In this document: positions 10,375 to 21,067 of the stretch, in pieces | Layout: every line of letters starts with the position of its first letter | Numbering within the stretch: the first letter of the stretch is position 1 | Assembly (NCBI GenBank): GCA_963777155.1 | Contig: CAVZPM010000025.1 | Location: forward strand, 1-29,697 | From: Candidatus Bathyarchaeota archaeon | GTDB taxonomy: Archaea > Thermoproteota > Bathyarchaeia > Bathyarchaeales > Bathycorpusculaceae | Direction of reading: 5' to 3' | DNA: 29,697 bases | Notes under the pieces: generated by a model | What the model saw: the letters and a program-made list of their open reading frames with translations, nothing else | Told to the model about the DNA's origin: nothing | Databases searched by the model: none | Made by a program: the position numbers and the translations under genes

Positions 10375-12365
10375 TCAAACAAACAGGGATAAAAGTCTAA
10401 ACGCTAAGCCCCCAATTAACAGTGCCGCTCCTATGTTGGCTGTCGTAATAACTGCTGTGGCTTTCCACCCGAACTCTTTCCCAAGAATTGCCATTGTGGA
10501 TATGCATGGGATGTAGAGCATTGCAACGAGCGCCATGACAACCAGTTGCACGGGTGTAAAGAACAGTCCCAGGTTGGTGGAGCCGAAAATCGCCACAGCG
10601 CCCAGAATTATGAGTTCTTTTCGTACCACTCCAAGAAGCTAGAAGGATTCCTGCGGCAACGGGTAAGCCAAGCCATGTTACGGTCAAAGGCGACAGCGCG
10701 TTGCTTACTGGTGTTAAGACGTTGTAGACATAGAGGGCTTGAACTAATGCGCTACCAACGATGTAGATTGGGAAAACTATGTAGATGATTGATTTGGTTC
10801 GTCCCCAAGTCTGCTTTAAAACTACCTTGAGTGAGGGCATTTTAAAGCTGCTCATCTCCATTATTAACCCCGTTGATTTGCCTGGAACCGCCTTCATGGC
10901 GACTCTGCCCAAAGCGAAAATTATCGCAATATCGACAACGTAGAGTAGTAGTGCCCATTGTATGCCCACAAACAAGCCTACCATGCCAAAGAGAACGATG
11001 GTTCTTGCCGAGCAGGGCGCAAACGTTATGGCAAACGCCGCCAATAGCCGTTCGCGTCGGGTTTCCATGATTTTGCAACTGTGAATCGCTGGTACACTGC
11101 AACCATAACCCAAAATGATTGGAATCAATGCTTTGCCGTGTAAACCGATTTTATGCATTGCGCTGTCCATCATGAAGGCAACGCGGGTAAGTATGCCTGA
11201 ATCCTCAACTACGGCTAATAATAGATAGAAGGGGATAACGAAGGGAATAATCAGCGTTAAACCTGCGTTGAAACCGCCCCAAACCCCGTTTAGAATAATG
11301 CTCAGGATTGGTTGGGACGCAGACAGAGCGGGGTCAACAGGCTTGATGATGCTTAAACCATTTGAAATTAATGTAGATAATCCGTTGCCAACAAAGAACG
11401 TCCATAGTAGCAAACCCGCAATAACACCTATGGATGTAACGTAACCCAAGATTCTGTGAGTGGTTAACCATTCTAGTTTGTCTGAGAAGGTTGTCCAGAT
11501 TTCGTTTTGCTGAATGGCTGAAGCCGCAATGGAGTTTGCAAGTGCATACCGCTCCGAAGCGATTACTGAAAAGCATTGTTCTTGGCAGGTGGCTTGTAGT
11601 TCCTGCGCAACAAATTTAGCTGAATCGACGACGATTTGGGATTTGGAAGCAACGATTTTAGTGATTTCCGTGTCGCCTTCCAGCAGCTTAATCGCCAACC
11701 ACCTGGCGGGGTATTGGAGCCCAAGATTCTCTTTTTCAACTATGTGTTGTAACTGTTCAATTTTATCTTCGAGTTCTTTTCTGTATTTTAGGTGTTTGGC
11801 TCTGTGTTTATGTGTGGCAACTTTTACGGCTTCACCGACCAACTTCGTAGATGCCTTCGCCGCGGGTTGCAGTGGCGAAAACCACTGGGATGCCGAGTGC
11901 CGCTTGGAGTTTTTCTTTGTCGATTATCATACCTTTGCTTTTGGCAACGTCCACTTGGTTGAGGCACAAAACCATGGGCGCCTGCATCTCCATCAGTTGA
12001 AGAGTGAAAAACAAGTTCCGCTCCAAAACCGAAGCATCTACGACGTTTATTACCGCATCTGGCTTCTCCAACGCAACATAATCGCGAGACACAAGTTCCT
12101 CCATGGAAAATGTTGAGAACGAGTAGATTCCCGGCAAGTCAATTATTTTGATTTCATAACCCTCAAAACTCAGCGTACCCTCTGCTCGGTCTACTGTTTT
12201 ACCTGGCCAGTTGCCGATAATCTGGTTTGAGCCGGTGAGTTGGTTGAATATGACGCTTTTGCCAACGTTCGCATTCCCTGCGAGAGCAAAGGTTAGGTGT
12301 TTGCCGTTGCCGTTTTTGCAGTTAAAAGATTTACTCTTTGAATTTGAACTTGAATGACATGACAT
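10375..12365 (-). CDS. feoB: Ferrous iron transporter FeoB (~662 aa restored), two +1 frameshifts near 11840 and 10640
   Basis: G-domain motifs [19 protein letters not shown] and NQVD; membrane gate motifs [21 protein letters not shown] and LYIPCIST spread over three consecutive ORFs. Confidence 0.93.
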
Positions 12366-12376
12366 AAATAGTGCTC

Positions 12377-13096
12377 CTATACTGCTTTTTCTTCTTCAAC
12401 AAACACGTTACAGGCGATGTCTTGTCCCAACGCCAATTTGGAGCCCCGTACAGAAATCTCGACGGGTCCATCCATCGGAGCAACCTTTACAACTCTGATT
12501 CTTGTCCCTGGAGTCAACCCCATGTCAAGGAGGCGTTGTAGCACTTTGTGTTCGCCGCGGATGAAGCTAATTTTTCCATATTTGTCGCCTTTGAGTTCGC
12601 GGATTGAAATTAAGTTTTTGTTTCTTCTGCCTACTTCTTCGAGTCCTTGATTGTGCAGTTTTATGCATTCTTCACAATTCGAGAAAGGTAAGTCGCACGC
12701 AGGTATGGTTTTTCCGTCGTCAGAGCATGTGTCAGGGTGTTTAAGGAGACGACATAGAGACTCTTCTGCTTCATCTGATAGGGTGTGCTCCATCTGGCAG
12801 GCTTGCTTGTGAACTTTGTCTTTTCCAATGTGTAGAACATCAGAGAGGAATGTTTCGAGTAGGCGGTGCTTTCTTGCTACTTTTTGGGCTTCTTGGAACC
12901 CTTTTTCGGTGAGGGTGCTGCCGTGGTAAGGTGAATATTTTATGTAACCGTCTTGAGCGAGTTTTTTTAGCATTTCTGTTACGCTTGCTGGAGCTACATC
13001 TAGCTTTTGGGAGATCTCCGTTGTACTGACTAAGTCTCCGTTTCGGGCCAAGCCGTAAACGGCTTTAAGATAGTCTTGGGTTGATTTTTGCTCCAT
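12377..13096 (-). CDS. DtxR/MntR-family metal-dependent repressor with C-terminal FeoA domain
   Basis: [39 protein letters not shown]; FeoA-like [24 protein letters not shown]. Confidence 0.95.
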   Translation of the reverse strand: MEQKSTQDYLKAVYGLARNGDLVSTTEISQKLDVAPASVTEMLKKLAQDGYIKYSPYHGSTLTEKGFQEAQKVARKHRLLETFLSDVLHIGKDKVHKQACQMEHTLSDEAEESLCRLLKHPDTCSDDGKTIPACDLPFSNCEECIKLHNQGLEEVGRRNKNLISIRELKGDKYGKISFIRGEHKVLQRLLDMGLTPGTRIRVVKVAPMDGPVEISVRGSKLALGQDIACNVFVEEEKAV

Positions 13097-13110
13097 TTTC
13101 TCGCCTCTAA

Positions 13111-13158
13111 TTTAGGTATACCTAAACTTTACCTAATAAATGTTTAGGCACACCTAAA
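13111..13158. promoter_or_regulatory. Two 16-bp palindromic operators (TTTAGG-N4-CCTAAA), putative DtxR-family binding sites
   Basis: TTTAGGTATACCTAAA (13111-13126, perfect palindrome) and TTTAGGCACACCTAAA (13143-13158) flank a minus-strand TATA-like TTTATTA (13140-13134), just upstream of the repressor start codon. Confidence 0.85.
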
Positions 13159-13272
13159 AAATTACATCCATTAAACACCATCTGTTGCAATCTTTGAACA
13201 TCCACCCACTCCCAGTAACGGCTAAATACTGCAAAAGACTAATTCCGTTGATACTCACTAGAGGCAAAAACC

Positions 13273-14610
13273 ATGAAAGACCTGCCTGATTTAGTCCAAG
13301 ACATTGTGGAAGCCACCCGCAAACACGAACAATATCGCGACAAAGAATGCATAAACATGATAGCTAGTGAAGGACTAAAATCTCCCGCCGTCAACCAAAT
13401 GCTCGACCTTTCACATGATCTCGCGTGCCGCTACGCTGAAGGAGAAAACGACGCCCAAGGTCACGTAAGAAAACGCTACTACCAAGGACAAAAATACATG
13501 TCGCAGATTGAGGATTTCGCAACTGACATTATGAAGAGCCTATTCAACAGTACTTGGGCAGATGTACGATTGGTTTCAGGCACCCATGCAAACCTGGCAA
13601 CTTTCAAGGGTTTATCGTTAGCTTCAAAAAATAACAAGATGGTCGTCACTCCGCTTAGTTGCGGTGCCCACATAAGTCATGATTACACTGGTTTAGCTGG
13701 TAACATTTTAGGTTTAGACAACATCAATCACGTCTACAACATTGATGAGTTCAACATCGACGCAGAAAAATCCGCATACGTCATACGCGCCGCCAAACCA
13801 GGAATAGTCACATTCGGCGGAAGCCTCTTTCTTTTCCCGCATCCAATTAAGGAGTTAAAAGAAGTCTGCCACGAAGTTGGTGCATTCATCGCCTACGACG
13901 CTTCACACGTACTAGGCTTAATCGCAGGCGGACAATTCCAAGACCCACTCCGCGAAGGAGCAGACTTCATCACCTCATCAACCCACAAAACTTTCCCAGG
14001 ACCCCAAGGCGGAGTCATAATGGGAAACCCAAATAGCCCAGCAATGGAAAAAGCAGTGAGAAAAATCCAGTTCGCAGTTTTCCCGCTTAGCGCTTCAAGC
14101 ACACATCTGGGCAGATTACCAGCTCTAAGCATAGCCGCGTTGGAAATGAAGGTTTTCGGCACACAACTGGCAAGTCAAATAGTCAAAAATGCCCAAACTG
14201 CTGGACAATATCTATGCGAAAACGGCGTTAAAGTTCTCGCCGAACACAAAGGCTTCACCAAATCACACCAGATCGCTCTTGACGTTCGCAACTTCGGTGG
14301 TGGCAACAAGATCGCCCAAGAACTTGAAGACGCAAACATCATACTAAACAAGAACCTGCTTCCTTACGATGACCAAAGCTCTAAAGAGAACCCCTCAGGC
14401 TTACGCGTCGGCTTCCAGGACATAACCCGACGGGGATTTGGCGAAGGCGACATAAAACACCTCTGCGATTTGATGCTTGACGTGATAAAAGGCAAACGTA
14501 CGCCCTTACAGGTCAAAGTTGATGTCTTAGCACTCAAAAAAGAGTTTGCAGGCGTGAAATATGGATTCCAAAACGTCGAAGAAGCCTTAAACTACATAAA
14601 AAAGACTTAG
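13273..14610 (+). CDS. glyA: Serine hydroxymethyltransferase, archaeal type
   Basis: INMIASE, RYAEG, RYYQG, SGTHAN, YDASHVLGLIAGG and the PLP lysine motif STHKTFPGPQGG. Confidence 0.96.
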   Translation: MKDLPDLVQDIVEATRKHEQYRDKECINMIASEGLKSPAVNQMLDLSHDLACRYAEGENDAQGHVRKRYYQGQKYMSQIEDFATDIMKSLFNSTWADVRLVSGTHANLATFKGLSLASKNNKMVVTPLSCGAHISHDYTGLAGNILGLDNINHVYNIDEFNIDAEKSAYVIRAAKPGIVTFGGSLFLFPHPIKELKEVCHEVGAFIAYDASHVLGLIAGGQFQDPLREGADFITSSTHKTFPGPQGGVIMGNPNSPAMEKAVRKIQFAVFPLSASSTHLGRLPALSIAALEMKVFGTQLASQIVKNAQTAGQYLCENGVKVLAEHKGFTKSHQIALDVRNFGGGNKIAQELEDANIILNKNLLPYDDQSSKENPSGLRVGFQDITRRGFGEGDIKHLCDLMLDVIKGKRTPLQVKVDVLALKKEFAGVKYGFQNVEEALNYIKKT

Positions 14611-14678
14611 CAACCTTTTTCCTCCCTTTTGCCCTAAACATTAATTAAGCCACTTTTCGACTTTTACCACTGAAAACA

Positions 14679-14969
14679 ATGACCTTCGATCTCCTCTCGA
14701 TTCTATTCTTAATCACCGCTATAGGTTTCGTTGTGCTTTTTGTGTTGCTTCCAAGGTATGGACCACACTACACCTCAAGGTTGACTTGCCCAAACTGCCG
14801 AAAAAGCTTCAACTTCCACTGGGTGCCCGGCGCAACCATAACTTCGTTGGTTTATCGCAACAGGCGAACTCTAAAATGTCCCTACTGCCATGTGAAATCA
14901 ACCTATGATATAGCATCAACAAGGGTCGCTAAACCAAGAACCGCTTTTAAAGCCAAGCCCAAAGCATAA
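14679..14969 (+). CDS. Membrane-anchored zinc-ribbon hypothetical protein
   Basis: N-terminal TM helix followed by CPNC and CPYC pairs. Confidence 0.75.
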   Translation: MTFDLLSILFLITAIGFVVLFVLLPRYGPHYTSRLTCPNCRKSFNFHWVPGATITSLVYRNRRTLKCPYCHVKSTYDIASTRVAKPRTAFKAKPKA

Positions 14970-15042
14970 ACAAGCCGGAATTTCTTTCAGAGAACTTTAT
15001 TATCCACAACAGCAATCAAACTTTTAATTAATCTTCACCGAG

Positions 15043-16236
15043 ATGCCACGCATGAAAGTATTGTTAAATGATGGTTTAGAAAAGGAAGGTTTGAAACTCT
15101 TCCAAGAAGCAGGCATAGAAACTGACACCAAAAAAAGAGACCTCACTGCTCTTGTCACTGAGATTGGACAGTTTGACGCCTTAGTTGTCCGTAGTGCTAC
15201 GAAAGTTACACGCGAGGTTTTAGAGGCAGGATCAAAAGGTAAACTCAAAATTGTCGGCAGAGCAGGCGTAGGCTATGATAACATCGACGTAGCAGCTGCC
15301 TCAGAATTCGGTATCGTAGTAAAATCCGCTCCATACGGCAGCACAAACGCAGTTGCTGAGTTAACTGTCGGCTTAATGCTGAGCATCTCAAGAAACACTC
15401 CGCAAGCTCACAACTCACTAAAAAATGCTGTTTGGAAAAAAGAGAAACTCAAAGGCAGGGAACTTGCCTACAAAACTCTGGGGCTTCTCGGCTGCGGAAG
15501 AATCGGGCAGAAAGTCGCTCAGATAGCTAAACGCGGTTTTGACATGGATGTTATAGGTTACGACATCAGACCATGTTTTGAATCTGGCATAAAGTTTCTT
15601 TCAAAAGAGGAAGTTATAGCAAAAGCCGACTACATAAGCATCCACACTGGCGGGAAAGACGTAATCATCGGCGAAAAGGAACTCTGTCAAATGAAGAAAA
15701 CCGCTTACCTTATTAATACATCAAGAGGTAGCAACATAGACGAACAAGCAGTGTACAATGCTCTAAAAGAGGGCAAAATAGCTGGTTTAGCAACCGATGT
15801 TTACTCAGATGAGCCTAAAGCCGATGGCTTAGAATTCAAGAATAAATTCAAAGAACTCGACAATGTAGTTATGAGCAGTCACTTGGGCGCGTCAACTATT
15901 GAAGCGCAAAGGGAAACTTCAACCGAGATTGCTCGTGTCGTTTCAGGTTACCTTTTAGGCGGAGACTTCACGAACTCAGTTAACGCAGGTGAAAACATTG
16001 AAGTTGAAGAAAAACCAGTCCATACGCTCTTCATACATCACAGAGATGTTCCGGGAGTATTTGCCAACATCGACAAAGTACTAGCTGACAACGACATTAA
16101 CATACGCGCGAATTATTCGCGGCAAATCGGCAACAGTGGATACGCCATCTCAGTCTATGTTCTTCACAAGAAAGTCACAGTCGAAATTGCTAGTAAACTC
16201 AAGGCTATCCCGAACATCTGTAATGTAAAATTCTAA
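15043..16236 (+). CDS. serA: D-3-phosphoglycerate dehydrogenase-like (D-2-hydroxyacid dehydrogenase) with C-terminal ACT domain
   Basis: VRSATKV, RAGVGYDNID, GCGRIG, NTSRG, DVYSDEP, HLGAST; ACT motif HRDVPGV. Start may be 15052. Confidence 0.88.
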   Translation: MPRMKVLLNDGLEKEGLKLFQEAGIETDTKKRDLTALVTEIGQFDALVVRSATKVTREVLEAGSKGKLKIVGRAGVGYDNIDVAAASEFGIVVKSAPYGSTNAVAELTVGLMLSISRNTPQAHNSLKNAVWKKEKLKGRELAYKTLGLLGCGRIGQKVAQIAKRGFDMDVIGYDIRPCFESGIKFLSKEEVIAKADYISIHTGGKDVIIGEKELCQMKKTAYLINTSRGSNIDEQAVYNALKEGKIAGLATDVYSDEPKADGLEFKNKFKELDNVVMSSHLGASTIEAQRETSTEIARVVSGYLLGGDFTNSVNAGENIEVEEKPVHTLFIHHRDVPGVFANIDKVLADNDINIRANYSRQIGNSGYAISVYVLHKKVTVEIASKLKAIPNICNVKF

Positions 16237-16288
16237 CTCTTTCTATTTTCAACAGGAATATAAACAGCTCTTCTTCTTCTAAGTAGCT

Positions 16289-16969
16289 ATGCGATTAGGA
16301 GTCCTATTTTCAGGCGGCAAAGACTCAACCCTTGCTTTGCACCTAGCGGCGGAGAAAGAGGAGGTAGCTTGCCTAATCACTGTGATTTCTAAAAACAAAG
16401 AAAGTTATATGTTCCACACCCCGAACGTCGATTTGACAGCGCTTCAGGCTGAAGCATTGGGTTTGCCGCTTGTTTCGGCGATAACCGAGGGGAGGAAGGA
16501 AGAGGAACTCGCAGACTTGGAAAAAGCGATTGCCGAGGCAAAAAGCAAATTCCAAATAGATGGCGTAGTCACAGGAGCAGTGGAATCTGTCTACCAAGCC
16601 TCCAGGGTTCAGCGTATATGCAATCGCCTCGACGTCTGGTGCTTTAACCCATTATGGAAATATGACCAGAAAGTGCTCCTAGAAACGATTGTCAGAAGAC
16701 AATTCAACGTTATAATTTCAGGTATTTTTGCTTATCCGCTTGATGAAAAATGGCTTGGAAAACAAATAGACGCGCAGGTGATCGATAGGTTAGTGGGACT
16801 CCAAAGTCAATATGGCATTAGCCCTTCAGGCGAGGGAGGTGAAATAGAGACAACAGTTTTGGATGCGCCCATGTTTAAGCAGAAAATCGAAATCATTGAC
16901 CATGAGGTTGAGGCGAAGGGAAACAGTGGAGTCTACATCATTAAGCAGGCACGGTTGGTGGCGAAATGA
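16289..16969 (+). CDS. dph6: Diphthine--ammonia ligase (diphthamide synthetase, PP-loop ATPase)
   Basis: LFSGGKDS, SYMFH, GAVESVYQ, PLW, GEGGEIETTVLDAPMF. Confidence 0.92.
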   Translation: MRLGVLFSGGKDSTLALHLAAEKEEVACLITVISKNKESYMFHTPNVDLTALQAEALGLPLVSAITEGRKEEELADLEKAIAEAKSKFQIDGVVTGAVESVYQASRVQRICNRLDVWCFNPLWKYDQKVLLETIVRRQFNVIISGIFAYPLDEKWLGKQIDAQVIDRLVGLQSQYGISPSGEGGEIETTVLDAPMFKQKIEIIDHEVEAKGNSGVYIIKQARLVAK

Positions 16970-17511
16970 TTCTGGTTGTCGACTTGAACTGGACAAAGGA
17001 TTCGTTAGCATTTAACGAGTTTGTGTTGCCTATTGTTTCAGCTATTGAGTCATTTGACAAATGCGAAGTCAAACATTTTTCTGAAATCACTCCTGCAGAT
17101 ATAGATGCTTGCAGCAAGGTTGTGCTTTCTGGAACCGCACTAAAAGATCATGCAACTCTAAAGCAGATAGGCAGGTTCAACTGGGTTAGAACGTTTGGCA
17201 AGCCGATTCTAGGTATCTGTGCAGGAATGCAAACAATCAGCCGAGTTTTCGGCGTATCTTTGACGGCTTGTCTGCAGATTGGAATGGCTGAAATCTCAAC
17301 TCTGAAAGAAAACCCTCTCTTCCAAGGAGACTTTAAGGCTTACACGCTTCACAATTTCTCGGTTGAACCTTCCCAAACCTTTGAAACGCTTGCAGAATCC
17401 ACCAAATGCATTCAAGCAATAAAACACAAACAAGAAGACATTTACGGTGTCCTGTTTCACCCTGAAGTACGAAATCAAGAAATCATCCAGCGTTTCATAA
17501 AACTAATCTAG
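16966..17511 (+). CDS. Class I glutamine amidotransferase (stand-alone)
   Basis: VLSG, nucleophile elbow PILGICAGMQ and FHPE give an intact Cys-His-Glu triad. ATGA overlap with dph6. Confidence 0.9.
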   Translation: MILVVDLNWTKDSLAFNEFVLPIVSAIESFDKCEVKHFSEITPADIDACSKVVLSGTALKDHATLKQIGRFNWVRTFGKPILGICAGMQTISRVFGVSLTACLQIGMAEISTLKENPLFQGDFKAYTLHNFSVEPSQTFETLAESTKCIQAIKHKQEDIYGVLFHPEVRNQEIIQRFIKLI

Positions 17512-17580
17512 TTACACCTTTGGAACATTTGGGTTTAATAAAGGAATGCACTTTAAGCGGCGAGGTAGTTAATACTGTAA

Positions 17581-17769
17581 ATGCAACCTCCAAGGATCCA
17601 AATTAAGCCGGGCATTCGAGTGAAAATTGTTTTGAAACAGAACCAGCAAAGTGGCAAATTAACCGAGGGCACTGTCAAAGACATTCTCACTAACAGCCCA
17701 ACGCACCCGCATGGAATAAAGGTACGCTTAACAGACGGCAAAGTCGGCAGGGTACAATCACTTGGCTGA
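17581..17769 (+). CDS. YwbE family protein (DUF2196)
   Basis: GKLTEGTVKDILTNSPTHPHGIKVRLTDGKVGRVQ signature. Confidence 0.92.
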   Translation: MQPPRIQIKPGIRVKIVLKQNQQSGKLTEGTVKDILTNSPTHPHGIKVRLTDGKVGRVQSLG

Positions 17770-17841
17770 GAGCGTTGCAACGAATAGCTAAATAGACTTT
17801 TCAGTTGGGAAAAAATTCCAAAAAAATAAGAGAAAAAAGGG

Positions 17842-18137
17842 TTAGGACGTTGTTTTTTCGGTATCTTCATTTAATGTGGTTTGGGTTTCGGGTACTTTTT
17901 CTGTTGTTTCTGACGACTGTGGGGCAACGAATGCCACTGTGAATGAGAGAGCGGCGGAAACTATGAACGGAACCGTTGCTGTTAAGATACGTTCAAAGCA
18001 ATGAAGACTGCCGGAGGAGGCGAAGAATACATCATCGTTACCAATTCATAATTTACTATTGCGACTAACGCAGAGAATACCACAAATATTATGCCAAATA
18101 TTTTAGCGATTTTATTAACAATTTTCCAGTTATCCAT
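17842..18137 (-). CDS. Small two-TM membrane protein with acidic tail, frameshifted near 17990; not in the ORF track
   Basis: SD GTGAGGA then ATG 18137: MDNWKIVNKIAKIFGIIFVVFSALVAIVNYE...; continues in another frame as ILTATVPFIVSAALSFTVAFVAPQSSETTEK...TTS*. Confidence 0.55.
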
Positions 18138-18295
18138 TTGTCCTCACTAGTAATCCTGTGCTTGTTCGGCGAGGCTTTTAAGCTATTGCTATTTTTAGCC
18201 TGAAACTGCCTCATTACAAAGCATGTTGCCGCTTGGCAGAAAGGGTTAAAAGTTAAAAGTATGTGTTTTTTAATTAGTTACAGGAGATTTTTGTT

Positions 18296-20711
18296 TTGAT
18301 TAATCATTTACCAGTTGAAAAGTTAAGGAATGTCTGTGACGTTAACTTCCTGCATTGTGAATCTACCAAAGATCTTATTCCGCTTGGCGAAATTATCGGT
18401 CAAGAAAGAGCTGTACGAGCCCTAAAGTTCGGATTAGGGATAAAAGACCATGGTTTTAACGTATTTGTGGCTGGTTACCCTGGGACAGGCAGAAAAACAG
18501 CGGTTAGAAACTTTGTCGAAGCTCAAGCTAAAACCCAGCCAGTTCCAGCCTGACTGGTGCTATGTGAACAATTTTGGCAACCAATATGAGCCAAAGAGCA
18601 TAAAGTTGCCCGCGGGAAAAGGCAAAGAATTCCGTGAGGACATGAAAAACTTTATCGAGAACATGAAAACTGCGCTTCCGAAGGCTTTCGAAAGCGAAGA
18701 CTATGCGGCCAGAAGAGAAGCAACAATTAAAGGTTTAGAGAACCAACGAAAACAGTTAATCGATGAGTTAAGCAGCAAAGCCCAACGTGAAGGATTCGTA
18801 ATTCAAACCACACCCATCGGTATACTGCTTGTTCCAGTGTTGGATGGCAAGCCACTTAGCGAAGAAGAAATGCTGGCGTTGCCTCAAAAAACTAAGGATA
18901 AGATTAATGAGAAAAGGGAAAAACTAGAGACTGAATTCCGAAACACAATGCGTCAATTAATCGATATGGAACGTAGAATCCATGAAACCCTAAAGAAACT
19001 AAACAAAGAAGTTGCCCTTTACGCACTTGGAAACCAAGTTGAAAGCCTCATGGAGAAATATCGTGCTAATTCTGAAGTTACAACTTACCTCAAAGAAGTA
19101 GAAAACGAAATCTTAGAAAATCTGCAACAGTTCATAAGACGAGGCGAATCAGAACAGCAATTGCCTTTTCCAATGCCTTGGATGAAAGAAGAACCATACA
19201 AAAAATACGAGGTAAACCTCATCATAGACAACTCCAACATTGCAGGTGCGCCAGTAGTGGTGGAAAACAACCCAACCTATCACAACTTACTTGGCAGAAC
19301 CGAGAAAGAAGCCCAGTTCGGAGCCCTTACCACCGATTTCAGTATGATAAGGGGGGGAGCGATACATAGAGCCAACGGCGGCTATCTTATTGTACCGGTC
19401 GAAGATCTGCTTCGAAATCCGCTCTCATACGACGGCTTAAAACGCGACATCAGAGAAGCAAAAATGTCCATAGAAGAACCCGAAGAACGCTACGGATTTC
19501 TAAGCGTTAAAACACTCAAGCCTCAGCCCATCCCATTAACGGCCAAAGTTATCTTGATTGGCACACCATATCTCTACCAACTAATGTTCAGCTTAGACCC
19601 AGATTTCCAGGAACTCTTCAAGATAAAGGCAGAATTCGATACAACTATGCCGCGAACAGATGAAAAAGTGCGACAGTACGGCGCGTTTGTCTGCGGGCTC
19701 TGCGAGAAAGAAAGACTCAAGCACCTTGACGGTAGCGGCTTAGCAAAAATAGTGGAGTATAGTTCGAGAATAATAGAAGACCAATACAAATTGTCGACAC
19801 AGTTTAGCGCAATAGCCGACATTGTCCGAGAATCAAACTATTATGCGTCACAAGACAGTTCCGAGTACATTACTGGAGGCCATGTCAAGAAAGCTATAGA
19901 AGAAAAGATCTATCGCTCTAAACTTATCCAAGAAAAAATCCAGGAAATGATTACCAGAGGCTTCTTCCTCATTGACACAGTGGAGAAGAAAGTAGGGCAA
20001 GTCAACGGTTTGTCCGTCATGGGACTAGGCGACTTCGCTTTTGGTATGCCTTCACGTGTGACTGCAAGCATTGGACTCGGCAGAGAAGGTGTAATGGACA
20101 TTGAACGGGAAGCCAAAATGGGCGGTCCAATCCACACCAAAGGTGTCCTGATTCTAAGCGGCTACCTCAACGATAAATACGCAAGGGATAAGCCTTTGAG
20201 TCTCTCTGCACGCTTGGTTTTTGAGCAGAACTACGAAGGAGTCGAAGGCGACAGCGCATCAAGCACCGAACTCTACTCCATCCTATCTTCACTTAGCGGA
20301 TTGCCAATAAAACAGAACTTAGCAGTTACAGGATCCGTTAACCAGAAAGGAGAGGTCCAAGCCATCGGCGGAGTAAACGAGAAAATCGAAGGGTTCTTTG
20401 AAGTATGCAAAGCTAAAGGCTTAACAGGGCAACAGGGCGTGATGATTCCTGACAGTAACGTGCAGAACCTGATGCTTAAAGAAGAAGTAGTTGAAGCGGT
20501 GAAAGCCGGCAAATTCAACATCTATTCGGTTAAAACAATCGATGAAGGCATCGAAGTACTAACAGGAACCAAAGCGGGGGAGCGTAGAGCAGACGGAACC
20601 TACGAAGAAGGTACAGTCAATTACTTGGTGGATAAGCAACTGCGGGAGATGGCAGAGAAACTCAAAGAATACCCAACAGCGGCAGCATCTTCTAGAAAAA
20701 TTGAAGCATAA
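18296..20711 (+). CDS. LonC-type (AAA_32 / Lon_C, peptidase S16) protease, +1 frameshift near 18548
   Basis: IIGQERAVRALKFG, GYPGTGRKT, PDWCYVNNF, coiled-coil insert, ANGGYL, GQVNGLSV; Ser-Lys dyad in VEGDSAS and GGVNEKIEGF. No TM segments. Confidence 0.9.
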
Positions 20712-21067
20712 CAAAAACAGAATTTCCTTTCTTAATATTTTTTTGATACTTGCCTTTACAGATCAAAACTTATTTGTCGAGCGTTAGAATAGAGTTAGAT
20801 GCAAGTTGGATTCCTGAAACCCAAATACAGGTTCAGTAAGACCTTTGTCATATTTTTTCCTCAATCAAAATTGATGGACACCGTAGATTGGCATCCTCTG
20901 TTTTTAAAGAACAACGCGAAATAGGCCTATATGATAAATCAATAAGCAAAAATTATTAGTTATTTACCACTTTTAAGCGCTCAAATTGGTAACGGTCGCT
21001 CGCATGCTTGTTGTTACAGGAATACAATCACAACACCATTTATAGTCAGCGAATAATTGTTAGATTG

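Noticed and set aside
11514-12116. 200-aa plus-strand ORF, and similar antisense ORFs over thiL, lonC, infB and ABCE1
   Set aside because: They are antisense shadows of well-supported genes.
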